This document shows, in pieces, positions 10,020-17,930 of a DNA stretch of 64,000 bases (position 1 is the first letter of the stretch; every line of letters starts with the position of its first letter). Source of the stretch: Methanomassiliicoccus sp. UBA6 (GTDB lineage Archaea; Thermoplasmatota; Thermoplasmata; Methanomassiliicoccales; Methanomassiliicoccaceae). Below the pieces are notes generated by a model, which saw nothing but the letters and a program-made list of their open reading frames with translations, did no database searches and had not been told where the DNA came from. The DNA lies in the NCBI GenBank assembly GCA_002508545.1, contig DAVH01000062.1, forward strand, positions 559 through 64,558, in the 5' to 3' direction. A program made the position numbers and the translations under genes.

Positions 10020-10610
10020 ATGGCCGTGGAACGCGCGCGGGACATCTATGTCGAGGAGATCATGAGCAAGGTACCGGTGGTCGGCAGCCCGGACCTGACG
10101 GCCAAGGACCTTGCCGTCCTCATGCGGGCCATGAAGGTGGGCAGCGTCATCATCGTCAAGGACGGCTGCCCGATGGGCATCGTCACCGAGAGGGACTTCG
10201 TCGACAAGCTGGTCGCCGAGGACCGGAAGCCCGGCGAGGTGAGGGCGGAGAACATCATGACCGCTCCCCTGGTGACCATCGGCCCCCGGGAGAGCGTGGC
10301 CGAGGCCGGCAGGAAGATGGCCAGGCTTCAGCTGCGCCGGCTGCCGGTGGTCATGGACAACCGGCTGGTGGGGATGCTGACGGAGAACGACATCACCCGG
10401 CTATCGCCGTCATTGATCGAGATCACCCGGGAGTGGAAGAACATCAACATCCCGGTGGAGGATGTGAGAGAGCCGGAGGCCCTCATTGGCTACTGCGAGA
10501 ACTGCGAGAACTTCTCGTACGACCTCCGGCAGACCGGCGGGGTGACCGGCCGGGGGCACCTGCTGTGCGCGGAGTGCCGGGACATCTTCCTGCGCGAGCC
10601 CACCGAGTGA
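10020..10610 (+). CDS. CBS-pair domain protein with C-terminal CxxC...CxxC zinc ribbon
   Basis: There are two CBS repeats (IMSKVPVVGSPD... and IMTAPLVTIGPRE...RRLPVV). The tail is YCENCENFS...LLCAECRD. The start is uncertain: the ATG at 10020 (MAVERARD) is preferred, with the track ATG at 9936 as the alternative. Confidence 0.75.
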   Translation: MAVERARDIYVEEIMSKVPVVGSPDLTAKDLAVLMRAMKVGSVIIVKDGCPMGIVTERDFVDKLVAEDRKPGEVRAENIMTAPLVTIGPRESVAEAGRKMARLQLRRLPVVMDNRLVGMLTENDITRLSPSLIEITREWKNINIPVEDVREPEALIGYCENCENFSYDLRQTGGVTGRGHLLCAECRDIFLREPTE

Positions 10611-10611
10611 C

Positions 10612-10950
10612 CTACTCGAGCTCGATCTTGCGGAGCCCGGCCTCGGGAGGCTGTTCCTTGGCCTCGAGATCACGGCACAGGTTGATCTGGGCATCGAGCA
10701 CCGACCGGAACAGCAGCAGGGTCTCCCGCTGAGCGGCCATGAAGTGCTTCTTGACGTCCTCGGGGATCTTGTCCCGGGGGATCATCGAGTCGATGGCCAG
10801 GATCATCTCGGTGCTCGCTCGGACCAGGTGGTCGCGGGTCTCCTTGGAGAACATGGACTCCCCCAGCTTCTCGGCCTCGAACCTGATGCGTCTCTGACGG
10901 TCCGCTTCGCTCTCGGTCCCCTGCTCAGTTCTCTCTTCGGTCTCGTCCAT
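10612..10950 (-). CDS. hypothetical acidic helical protein
   Basis: About 112 aa, MDETEERTEQGTESEADRQRRIRFEAEKLGE... I see no recognisable motif. Its start overlaps the last 26 nt of the upstream ArsA-family gene. Confidence 0.5.
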   Translation of the reverse strand: MDETEERTEQGTESEADRQRRIRFEAEKLGESMFSKETRDHLVRASTEMILAIDSMIPRDKIPEDVKKHFMAAQRETLLLFRSVLDAQINLCRDLEAKEQPPEAGLRKIELE

Positions 10951-12115
10951 CCCTATCACTCCTGAACAATATCAGCAGCCGTCCGTCCTTGAACTCGGCC
11001 TTGCTCGGCTGCTTCCTCGCGAAGGTGGTCGGCAGAGATATGGACCTCCGATACTGTCCGACCTCCACCAGGAGGTTGTCCCCGGACATGTACAGGTTGA
11101 CGGTGTCCCTCATCGCGAAGGGCAGCTTCAGAGATATCACGTCCATGCCGTTGTTGGAATAAATGTCCATCGGCTTGTCGGTGGAGAAGTGGGTCACCGG
11201 GTCAAGGTCCCCGAAGACCATCTCCCCCAGCTTGTCCAGGGACCTCAGGCCGACCAGCTCGAGGGGCAGCTGGGAGGCTTTGAGCACCCTCAGGGGGTTG
11301 AACGACTCGTTGATCACCTGCATGTACTTCTGCTGCTCCTCCATCTTTTCCTTGAAGTAGCCGTTGCTGCCCTCGGGGATGAGGCGGTTGACCACCAGGC
11401 AATCCACGGTCAGGCCGTACAGGCACATGTAGGTGAACGCCCGCTTGGTCTCGTTGATGACCATCTTCTCCGGGTTCACCACCAGCCGGACGGAGGTGAT
11501 CTTCGGGTCCATGAGGATCTTCTGGACCTCCTTCATGCGCGAGCCCAGCACCTCTAGGTCCTTCAGCAGCTCGTCCGAGGGGAGGGGGGTGCTCATCACC
11601 TTCCCCACGGTGAACCTGGCGACCCGTATCATGTTCTTGATGACCCCGTAGAGGCGGTCGATGTACCAGTTCGAGACGTCGGGGAAGCTCAGCAAGCGGA
11701 GCGTCTCCCCGGTCGGGGCGGTGTCCATCACGATGACGTCGTAGGCGTTCCGCTGGTAGAAGTCGTCGATGTAGAAGAGCGCGGACATCAGCTCCATTCC
11801 CGGCAGCACGGCCATCTCCTTGGATGTGACCCCGTCCATCCCCTGTGACATGAAGAAATCGGATACGTACTTCTGGATCTCCTTCCAGCGGGTCTCCAGC
11901 TCATGGAGCATGTCGATCTCGATCGCATCCAGGTTCGGTTCCACCTTGGTAATGCTCCCCGAGAGGGGCATCTCAAGAGAATCGGCCACCGAATGCGCGG
12001 CATCGGTGGACATAAGCAGCGTTCTGTAGCCCAATCGGGCGGTTCGCAGGGCGGTGGCGGCGGCGACGGAGGTCTTGCCGACGCCACCCTTCCCAGTATA
12101 GATTATCAACCTCAA
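10925..12115 (-). CDS. ArsA/GET3-family ATPase with C-terminal HSP20-like (alpha-crystallin-like) domain
   Basis: (M)RLIIYTGKGGVGKTSVAAATA (deviant Walker A) and MSTDAAHS are present. The C-terminal part is ISLKLPFAMRDTVNLYMSGDNLLVEVGQYRRSISLP. The start is TTG at 12115, with GGTGA 5 nt upstream. Confidence 0.85.
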   Translation of the reverse strand: MRLIIYTGKGGVGKTSVAAATALRTARLGYRTLLMSTDAAHSVADSLEMPLSGSITKVEPNLDAIEIDMLHELETRWKEIQKYVSDFFMSQGMDGVTSKEMAVLPGMELMSALFYIDDFYQRNAYDVIVMDTAPTGETLRLLSFPDVSNWYIDRLYGVIKNMIRVARFTVGKVMSTPLPSDELLKDLEVLGSRMKEVQKILMDPKITSVRLVVNPEKMVINETKRAFTYMCLYGLTVDCLVVNRLIPEGSNGYFKEKMEEQQKYMQVINESFNPLRVLKASQLPLELVGLRSLDKLGEMVFGDLDPVTHFSTDKPMDIYSNNGMDVISLKLPFAMRDTVNLYMSGDNLLVEVGQYRRSISLPTTFARKQPSKAEFKDGRLLILFRSDRDGRDRREN

Positions 12116-12229
12116 CGCTTCACCGAACTTATCCTATCTTAGTCCATATACTTGAAGGATATGTACGGAAGGCAGCTTGGCCATACAAATGATTTGAAAA
12201 AGGGGCTTTCGCCCCGTGGTGAAGGTTAG

Positions 12230-12333
12230 TGCCGGGGATGGGCTTTGAACCCATGACCTACGGATTTCTCGGGACCCGGCGCAGGGCCAGGACCTTATGA
12301 GTCCGTCGCTCCACCAGGCTGAGCCACCCCGGC
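12230..12333 (-). tRNA. tRNA-Met (anticodon CAT, elongator type; tRNA-Ile2 not excluded) with an intron of about 30 nt
   Basis: The reverse complement is GCCGGGGTGGCTCAGCCTGGTGGAGCGACGGACTCATA[intron about 30 nt]ATCCGTAGGTCATGGGTTCAAAGCCCATCCCCGGCA. The cloverleaf is intact once an insert at the canonical 37/38 position is removed. CCA is not encoded. Confidence 0.85.
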
Positions 12334-12344
12334 ATTGTTCAGTT

Positions 12345-13118
12345 TTATTCCGCGCTCTCTTCCGGGGTCTCCTCGGATTCCTCGGATTCCTCGGAAACCT
12401 CTTCCTCCGCCGGGGACTCTTCCTCCGCGGAGGCCTCGGCCGCCTCGGCCTCGGCGGCCGCCTGCTGCGCCGCAGCTTCCTGGCCGAACCTCTCCTGGAT
12501 GCTCGGCTCGTCCGCGGCCGCGGTGCCGGCCTCGAGGACCTCGCTCCGGCGGACCTCGATCCTCTTGATGGGGATGATGACCTTCGCCGCATTGGAGAGG
12601 TCCTTGGACAGGTCACCGGTGATGATCGCCTTCACCAGCTCAGAGACGGTCATGTTGGCCGCGAGGTCGGTGAGGGTGCTGGACATGATGTTCCTGATGG
12701 CGGTCTCCTGGGCAGCCTGGATGCGCTGCTCGGTGATGCTCATCGGCTTGATGCGGACCTTGAAGCCGTCCTTGGTGCGGACATCCACCACATGGTCGGT
12801 CTTGGTCCTCTTCCTCCTGGTCAGCCTGCGGACGTAGTCGCTGGTCAGCTCGTGCCCGACGAAGGAGGTGTGGGCCTCGAGGCCGCGAATGTCGTTGACG
12901 CTGAAGCGGATCTTGATGTGCATCTTGGAGAAGTCACCGGTCAGCTCATGGACGGTGACCTCGGTGATCCTACCCATCAGTGCAGCGGGGTCGGAGCTGG
13001 GGGTCTCGCCGAGCTCCACCTGGTTGAACATCCGGGGAGCATATAGCTTGTACCACTCCTTTGCCTTCCACTTGTCCTTGACCTTCCGCGCTGCCGTCTT
13101 CGCCTTCTTAACCGCCAT
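12345..13118 (-). CDS. rps3ae: 30S ribosomal protein S3Ae (eS1) with an acidic Ala/Glu/Ser-rich C-terminal tail
   Basis: MAVKKAKTAARKVKDKWKAKEWYKLYAPRMF... is a canonical S3Ae N-terminus. GGAGG lies upstream of the ATG at 13118. The last approximately 55 aa are AAADEPS...AEAEAAEASAEEESPAEEEVSEESEESEETPEESAE. Confidence 0.9.
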   Translation of the reverse strand: MAVKKAKTAARKVKDKWKAKEWYKLYAPRMFNQVELGETPSSDPAALMGRITEVTVHELTGDFSKMHIKIRFSVNDIRGLEAHTSFVGHELTSDYVRRLTRRKRTKTDHVVDVRTKDGFKVRIKPMSITEQRIQAAQETAIRNIMSSTLTDLAANMTVSELVKAIITGDLSKDLSNAAKVIIPIKRIEVRRSEVLEAGTAAADEPSIQERFGQEAAAQQAAAEAEAAEASAEEESPAEEEVSEESEESEETPEESAE

Positions 13119-13338
13119 GAGTAAACCTCCGTGATCGTGCAGCGGTCCACAACATCGTGGGGCCGTCATGCTCGGGTGAACGGGATAAAGGTCGAAGGTA
13201 CCACTTATATAAAAACTTTCGCGTCCCCGGGCAGGGGCGCCCCTTTTTCGCCGATAATGGAAACTTACCCTTCATGACCTGGCGAACGCATCGTTCGGTT
13301 CGGGGTTCCCGATCGGCGGGCTGATCACTGCTTTGCTT

Positions 13339-13599
13339 TCACGCCTTCTTCGCTACCGCCTTCTTCGGAGCAGCGGCCTTCTTCGGCGCGGCGGTCTTCT
13401 TGGCGACCGGCTTCGCGACGGGCTTGGCGGCAACCTTCTTCGCTGCGGGCTTTGCCTCGGCCTTCTTAGGGGCGGCGGCCTTCTTCGGCGCGGCGACCTT
13501 CTTGGCGACCGGCTTCGCGGCGGTCTTCTTCACGGTGGCGGTGCTGACCTTGCCCTTCGCGGCGGGCTTGGCAGCCTTCGTTGTGGTTTTCGTAGGCAT
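13339..13599 (-). CDS. Lys/Ala/Pro-rich basic protein (histone H1 tail-like); candidate nucleoid-associated protein
   Basis: 86 aa: MPTKTTTKAAKPAAKGKVSTATVKKTAAKPVAKKVAAPKKAAAPKKAEAKPAAKKVAAKPVAKPVAKKTAAPKKAAAPKKAVAKKA. It has an ATG start and is flanked upstream by a 226-bp AT-rich region. Confidence 0.6.
   Translation of the reverse strand: MPTKTTTKAAKPAAKGKVSTATVKKTAAKPVAKKVAAPKKAAAPKKAEAKPAAKKVAAKPVAKPVAKKTAAPKKAAAPKKAVAKKA
13373..13519. repeat. internal direct duplication within the Lys/Ala/Pro-rich gene
   Basis: 45-nt units at 13373-13417 and 13475-13519 (gcggccttcttcggcgcggcgGTcttcttggcgaccggcttcgcg versus ...AC...) match at 43 of 45 positions. They are offset by 102 nt, which is 34 codons. 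Confidence 0.85.
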
Positions 13600-13783
13600 T
13601 TTTATCTGGGGCAGGACATCACACTACCTATTGAAGTTCTTTTCTATTTGCATCGAAAATTAATACCGTTAAGGATGCTGGTCGTGAACAATTATTTGAT
13701 TTATCGAATCATAGATTTCATGCTGGCCCCTTTTGACGATGCCAGATTATTATAAGAAAAAGTCATAATAATTTAAAAATGAT

Positions 13784-13816
13784 GAAAAAATTGAGGAAAA
13801 GGGAGGTTTTACCTCC
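13784..13816 (-). terminator. putative hdrCB terminator: hairpin followed by oligo-T
   Basis: Immediately downstream of the hdrB stop on the minus strand, GGAGGT-AAA-ACCTCC (13802-13816) is followed by CTTTTCCTCAATTTTTTC. Confidence 0.5.
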
Positions 13817-13825
13817 GTTAATCCA

Positions 13826-14677
13826 TCAGATCTTCGCTGGAAGTTCCTGGAGCTCGAGCCCCAGCCTCTCCTTGGGGACGCCCATTGCTAGGCCGTACAG
13901 CTGGGCCAGGTGGATGACCGGGATATCGTAGCCCTTGACATCCTTCTGGGTCCTGTCGAACTGAAGGTGGCAGAACGGACACACGTCGATGATGAACTGC
14001 GCGCCGACCGACTTCATGTTCTTCAGCTTCTCCTCGGTGAACTTGGTAGCGAGGGCAGGGTTCCCGGAGCGGACGCCGCCACCGGCGCCGCAGCACATCA
14101 TCTTGTCCTTGTAGTCGACGCTCTTGGCGCCGGTGACCTCGACCAGCTCGTCGAGCAGCTTGGGGCGCTCGGGATCGTCGAGCTCCTTGATGTTGCTGGG
14201 CTTGAGGAAGTGGCAGCCGTAGTGGACCGCGACCTTGAGGTCCAGGGGGTTCTTGATGTGGGACTTCAGGTGGTCTAGGCCGATCTCCTTGTAGAAGACC
14301 TCGGCGAAGTGGTGGACCTTGACGTCCCCGTTGTACTCCAGACCGACCTCGCGCAGGATCTTGTTGACCGCGCGGAGCTTCTCAGGGTCGTTGTGGAGCA
14401 CATGGGCGGCCTCGAACAGAGAGCCGTAGCAGCCGTTGCAGATGGTGAGGATGTCGGCGCCCTTGTTCTGGGCCAGGGCGAGGTTCCTCGCGGCGATGGC
14501 CAGCCATGCATCCTGCTCGAAGGACTTGATCACACCGGGGGCGGGGCAGCAGCCGGCGCCCTCCAGCTCCACGATCTCCATCCCCAGTTCTTTGCAGACC
14601 TCACGGGTGGAGGACTCAATGCCCGGGTACCTGGCAGGAGCCACGCAGCCGAGGAACAGAGCGTACTTCTTAGCCAT
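13826..14677 (-). CDS. hdrB: heterodisulfide reductase subunit B
   Basis: MAKKYALFLGCVAPARYPG... contains two CCG-type cysteine motifs (GAGCCPAPG and MMCCGAGGG) and PFCHLQFD. GGAGGTG lies upstream of the ATG at 14677. Confidence 0.92.
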   Translation of the reverse strand: MAKKYALFLGCVAPARYPGIESSTREVCKELGMEIVELEGAGCCPAPGVIKSFEQDAWLAIAARNLALAQNKGADILTICNGCYGSLFEAAHVLHNDPEKLRAVNKILREVGLEYNGDVKVHHFAEVFYKEIGLDHLKSHIKNPLDLKVAVHYGCHFLKPSNIKELDDPERPKLLDELVEVTGAKSVDYKDKMMCCGAGGGVRSGNPALATKFTEEKLKNMKSVGAQFIIDVCPFCHLQFDRTQKDVKGYDIPVIHLAQLYGLAMGVPKERLGLELQELPAKI

Positions 14678-14678
14678 T

Positions 14679-15191
14679 TCAAGCACCTCCGATGAGCTTG
14701 TCGAAGCCAGTGGCCTTCAGGACCTTCTGGAAGTCTTCCAGGGCCTTCTTGTCGCCCAGGGTGTTCACCGGGCGGCGGGACAGACCCAGCTTCTCGCGGG
14801 CTTCCTCGTACTTGGGGCTCAGGGGGATGGTGGCACCGTTGGCAAGGAGATACTGCCCGACCTTGCGGTGCTCCTCGGTCATGACGCCCTCCTTTACCGC
14901 CATGTTCCTCAGGATGGTGATGATGTCCACGATCTCGACCCCACGGGGGCAGCGCTCCATGCAGGTGTAGCAGGTAGTGCAGGCCCACAGGTCGGGGGAC
15001 TTCAGGACGTCCTCCTTCAGACCCAGCTGGGCCTTGCGGATGAGCTTCCTGGTCCGGTACGAGGTCATGCGCCCGGAGGGGCAGCTGGCAGTGCAGGTAC
15101 CGCACTGGAAGCAGAGCATCAAGCTCTCGCCGCCGTGCTGCTTCTGCACGGCCTCAGCGAACTCTGGACTCGGTTCCTTGGGAGATGACAA
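14679..15191 (-). CDS. hdrC: heterodisulfide reductase subunit C
   Basis: CFQCGTCTASCPSGR and CTTCYTCMERCPRGV are two 4Fe-4S motifs. The likely start is TTG at 15191, with AAGGTG 8 nt upstream. The stop lies 1 nt before the hdrB ATG. Confidence 0.88.
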   Translation of the reverse strand: MSSPKEPSPEFAEAVQKQHGGESLMLCFQCGTCTASCPSGRMTSYRTRKLIRKAQLGLKEDVLKSPDLWACTTCYTCMERCPRGVEIVDIITILRNMAVKEGVMTEEHRKVGQYLLANGATIPLSPKYEEAREKLGLSRRPVNTLGDKKALEDFQKVLKATGFDKLIGGA

Positions 15192-15253
15192 TTATTTCAC
15201 CTTGGTTCGATGATGGTCGGACGTTATTTAAACTTATAGAAAAATGGGCACGT

Positions 15254-15275
15254 GTATAACCTAAAAAGGTTATAC
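15254..15275. promoter_or_regulatory. perfect 8-bp inverted repeat GTATAACC-N6-GGTTATAC between the regulator gene and the hdrC promoter region
   Basis: Read directly from the sequence. It overlaps the stop codon of the wHTH regulator gene and lies about 65-85 nt upstream of the hdrC start. A TTTAAATA box sits on the hdrC side at about 15224-15232. Confidence 0.35.
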
Positions 15276-16094
15276 TCTGTGGCCTACTTTCCTCAGCGCC
15301 GACACCAGCTTGCGCACCTGAGGCGTCTCCTTGCGGTACACCGCGTTAATCTGATGGGTCAGCTTGGCCGGGTCGGTATCGCTCCTCACCTTCAGCCCCC
15401 TTCTCAGGGCAAGGGACTCGTTGATGAAGAACGAGAGGCCGGAGGCGAGCATCATCTCCGGCGACCGGAAGTGGCGGACGATCTCGTGCTCGGTCCCGGC
15501 GCTCTCCAGGTGCCGGAACCCGATCCTCTGCGCCCCGTATGCCCACCGGGCGTAGCGGGGCCCGCGGTCCACGTGCAGCAGGCGGTCGGTCGCGACCTCC
15601 TGCCATTCCACGCCATCCAGGTCGAAGAGGTACAGGGGGTCGTCCAGGACCACCAGGTCCATCAGCCCCGCCCGGAAGTCCTTGAGGTTGCGCTGGTCAT
15701 CGGAGATTATCAGGTCGCACCCTCCCTCGTGGTCGGCCGCGGTCATCGCCCTTAGGAGCATTTCCTCGGTGATCACCGTGCCCCCGACGACGGTCCCCGC
15801 GGCCGGGGCCACCCGTTTGCTGAGGGCGATGTACTCGAGGGCGATGCGCTCGCCCTCCTCGTTCAAGGTCGTCCCCCGGGGGGTGGTGACCAGCAGCCCG
15901 GTCCCGGCCTTGGCCTCGATCTGCCCAAGGTACCGGTTCAGCACCGGGACGGCGATGCCCAGGCGGGCCGCGGCCCGGTTCTGGCTGCCTTCCTCGTACA
16001 CCGCCTGGAGGACCTCCAGCTGGCGGGTGGTTAGCGTCGCCTTCCCCACTTTGAGAGCGATCGCGGGCTCCAGCCTCAGTTCTCGGGACGGCAT
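15270..16094 (-). CDS. LysR/ModE-type winged-HTH transcriptional regulator
   Basis: LTTRQLEVLQAVYEEGSQNRAAARLGIAVPVLNRYLGQIEAKAGTGLLVTTPRGTTLNEEG fits the HTH_1 pattern. I cannot assign the C-terminal approximately 180 aa. AGGAGG lies before the ATG. Confidence 0.65.
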   Translation of the reverse strand: MPSRELRLEPAIALKVGKATLTTRQLEVLQAVYEEGSQNRAAARLGIAVPVLNRYLGQIEAKAGTGLLVTTPRGTTLNEEGERIALEYIALSKRVAPAAGTVVGGTVITEEMLLRAMTAADHEGGCDLIISDDQRNLKDFRAGLMDLVVLDDPLYLFDLDGVEWQEVATDRLLHVDRGPRYARWAYGAQRIGFRHLESAGTEHEIVRHFRSPEMMLASGLSFFINESLALRRGLKVRSDTDPAKLTHQINAVYRKETPQVRKLVSALRKVGHRV

Positions 16095-16190
16095 CCTCCT
16101 GCGGATGGTCGGGCAGGGATATGAAATCAGCCGAGCTTCCGGGCATAATTGGCGAAACCTTTTCTAGCTCCCTCTTGTTGGGCGAGGAGG

Positions 16191-16655
16191 ATGAAGAACC
16201 GAACGCTTGTCCTTGGCATAGGCAGTCCGATCATGTGCGACGACGCCATCGGCCTGAGGGTCCTGCAGGAGCTGCACAAGAAGGGGGTCCAGGGCGTGGA
16301 CCTCGAGGAGGCTTGCGCGAGCGGGCTGGACCTCATCGAGATCATGCTCGATCACGAGGTTGTCATCGTGGTCGATGCGATCATCAAGTCGGGCCAGCCG
16401 GCGGGCACGATCATGGTGCTGTCCCCGGAGGACTTCAGCGACACCGTGCACGGCACCAACCCCCACGAGGCGAACGTGGCCACGACCATCGAGCTCGGGA
16501 GGACGCTGGAGCCGGAGAGGTTCCCCAAGAAGGTCCTCTTCGTGGCGGTGGAGGCGAATGATGTGTTCACCGTCAGCGAGCAGATGACCCCCGAGGTGGA
16601 GGCCGCCCTGAGCAAGGCGGTGGACAAGGTCCTCGAGCTCATCGCCGAGAACTGA
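16191..16655 (+). CDS. hydrogenase maturation endopeptidase (HycI/FrhD/HyaD family)
   Basis: MKNRTLVLGIGSPIMCDDAIGLRV...VVDA...HGTNPHE matches the family pattern. GAGGAGG lies directly upstream of the ATG at 16191; the track start at 16149 is less likely. Confidence 0.85.
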   Translation: MKNRTLVLGIGSPIMCDDAIGLRVLQELHKKGVQGVDLEEACASGLDLIEIMLDHEVVIVVDAIIKSGQPAGTIMVLSPEDFSDTVHGTNPHEANVATTIELGRTLEPERFPKKVLFVAVEANDVFTVSEQMTPEVEAALSKAVDKVLELIAEN

Positions 16656-17930
16656 TCAGAAGTCCAGGTCCGCGAGGTTCTTCGCCTGGCCCTCGCTCTC
16701 GGCCTTGGGCGCGTGCATGGCGACCGCCAGCTTTTCCCGCACCAGCAGCCTCTCGGCGGCCTTGAGGACGTCCTCCTCGGTGACCATGTCCATCCTCCGG
16801 AGCGTTTCCTCCGGCGTGATCGCCTCGCCGCTGGCCATGAACATCTCCCCCAGGCGCACCATCCTGGCCTCGGTGCTCTCCAGCCTGCGGACGTAAGCGC
16901 CCTTCAGGAGATGCTTGGACCTCTTCAGCTCATCCTTCTCCAGCCCCTCGGACTTCAGCCGGCCGATCTCCTTGGCCACCAGCCGGGCCACCTTCTCCTG
17001 GTCCTTCACCGCGGTGTTGTAGAACACGGCCAGGGAGCCGCAGTCGGTGTAGCTCCCCGAGGAGGCGTAGATCTCATAGACCAGGCCGGAACGCTCCCTT
17101 ATCTCCTGGAACAGGCGGCACGAGGTGCCCATGCCCAGCACCGAGGAGAGCATCCTCTGGGCGAACCGGTCGGGGTCCACGGCGCTCAGTCCGGGGAACC
17201 CCATCCCGACGTAGGCCTGCTTGTCATCCCGGGGAAAGACCCTGAACCCGGCGGCGGGCTTCGGCGCGCTGCGGTCCCTGGAGCGGGGACGGGGCTCGAG
17301 GCCGTCGAACGTCCGCGAAGCCCACTCCATGACCTGCTGCCGGTCCACGTTGCCGACCGCCAGGACGGCCATGTGAGGAGGCCGGTAGTGCTCCTGGAAG
17401 AATGCGCGGATGCCCTGCTCGGTGAGCGCGGATACGGTGGCCACCGAGCCGGCCTCCGAACGACCCATGGGGTGCTTGCCCCACAGGGCCTCGTTGAACA
17501 GGACGTGGATGTAGTCGTCGGGGTCGTTCTCCAGCATCCTGATCTCCTGGATCACCACGTTCTTCTCCGTCACCAAGCATTCCTTGGACAGCATGGGGTT
17601 GAGCACCATGTCCGCCAGTATGCGCTCGGCCACTTCCGCGGTCTCGTCAAGGGCGTAGGCCTGGTAGGTGGTGACCTCCTTGGTGGTGTACCCGTTCTGC
17701 TCCCCCCCGGCCGCCTCGATCTCCTCGGCCATCTGCCTGGCGGTGCGGTTCTCGGTGCCCTTGAACAGCATATGCTCGAGCATGTGGGCGATCCCCGCCT
17801 CATCGTCGGTCTCGTCGCGGGAGCCCGTCCCGAAGTACGTGGAGAAGGACGCGGAATGAGTGGAAGGGAGGCATTCGACGATCACTGGAATGCCTCCAGA
17901 AGTGTGCAGCACCTCGATCCTGTCGGTCAT
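16656..17930 (-). CDS. M16-family (pitrilysin/insulinase-like) zinc peptidase
   Basis: The inverted zinc motif HMLEHMLFKGT (HxxEH) is present and the 424-aa length is typical. Confidence 0.88.
   Translation of the reverse strand: MTDRIEVLHTSGGIPVIVECLPSTHSASFSTYFGTGSRDETDDEAGIAHMLEHMLFKGTENRTARQMAEEIEAAGGEQNGYTTKEVTTYQAYALDETAEVAERILADMVLNPMLSKECLVTEKNVVIQEIRMLENDPDDYIHVLFNEALWGKHPMGRSEAGSVATVSALTEQGIRAFFQEHYRPPHMAVLAVGNVDRQQVMEWASRTFDGLEPRPRSRDRSAPKPAAGFRVFPRDDKQAYVGMGFPGLSAVDPDRFAQRMLSSVLGMGTSCRLFQEIRERSGLVYEIYASSGSYTDCGSLAVFYNTAVKDQEKVARLVAKEIGRLKSEGLEKDELKRSKHLLKGAYVRRLESTEARMVRLGEMFMASGEAITPEETLRRMDMVTEEDVLKAAERLLVREKLAVAMHAPKAESEGQAKNLADLDF

Noticed and set aside
12134-12616. 160-aa Arg/Pro/Ser-rich minus-strand ORF
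   Set aside because: It runs through the tRNA-Met gene and the repetitive acidic tail of rps3ae in another frame. It is an artefact of the repeat.
13373-13519. Possible CRISPR-like or tandem repeat array
   Set aside because: Only two copies are present, with coding periodicity (a 102-nt offset), inside an ORF. There are no spacer-repeat alternation and no cas genes. I treat it as an intragenic duplication.
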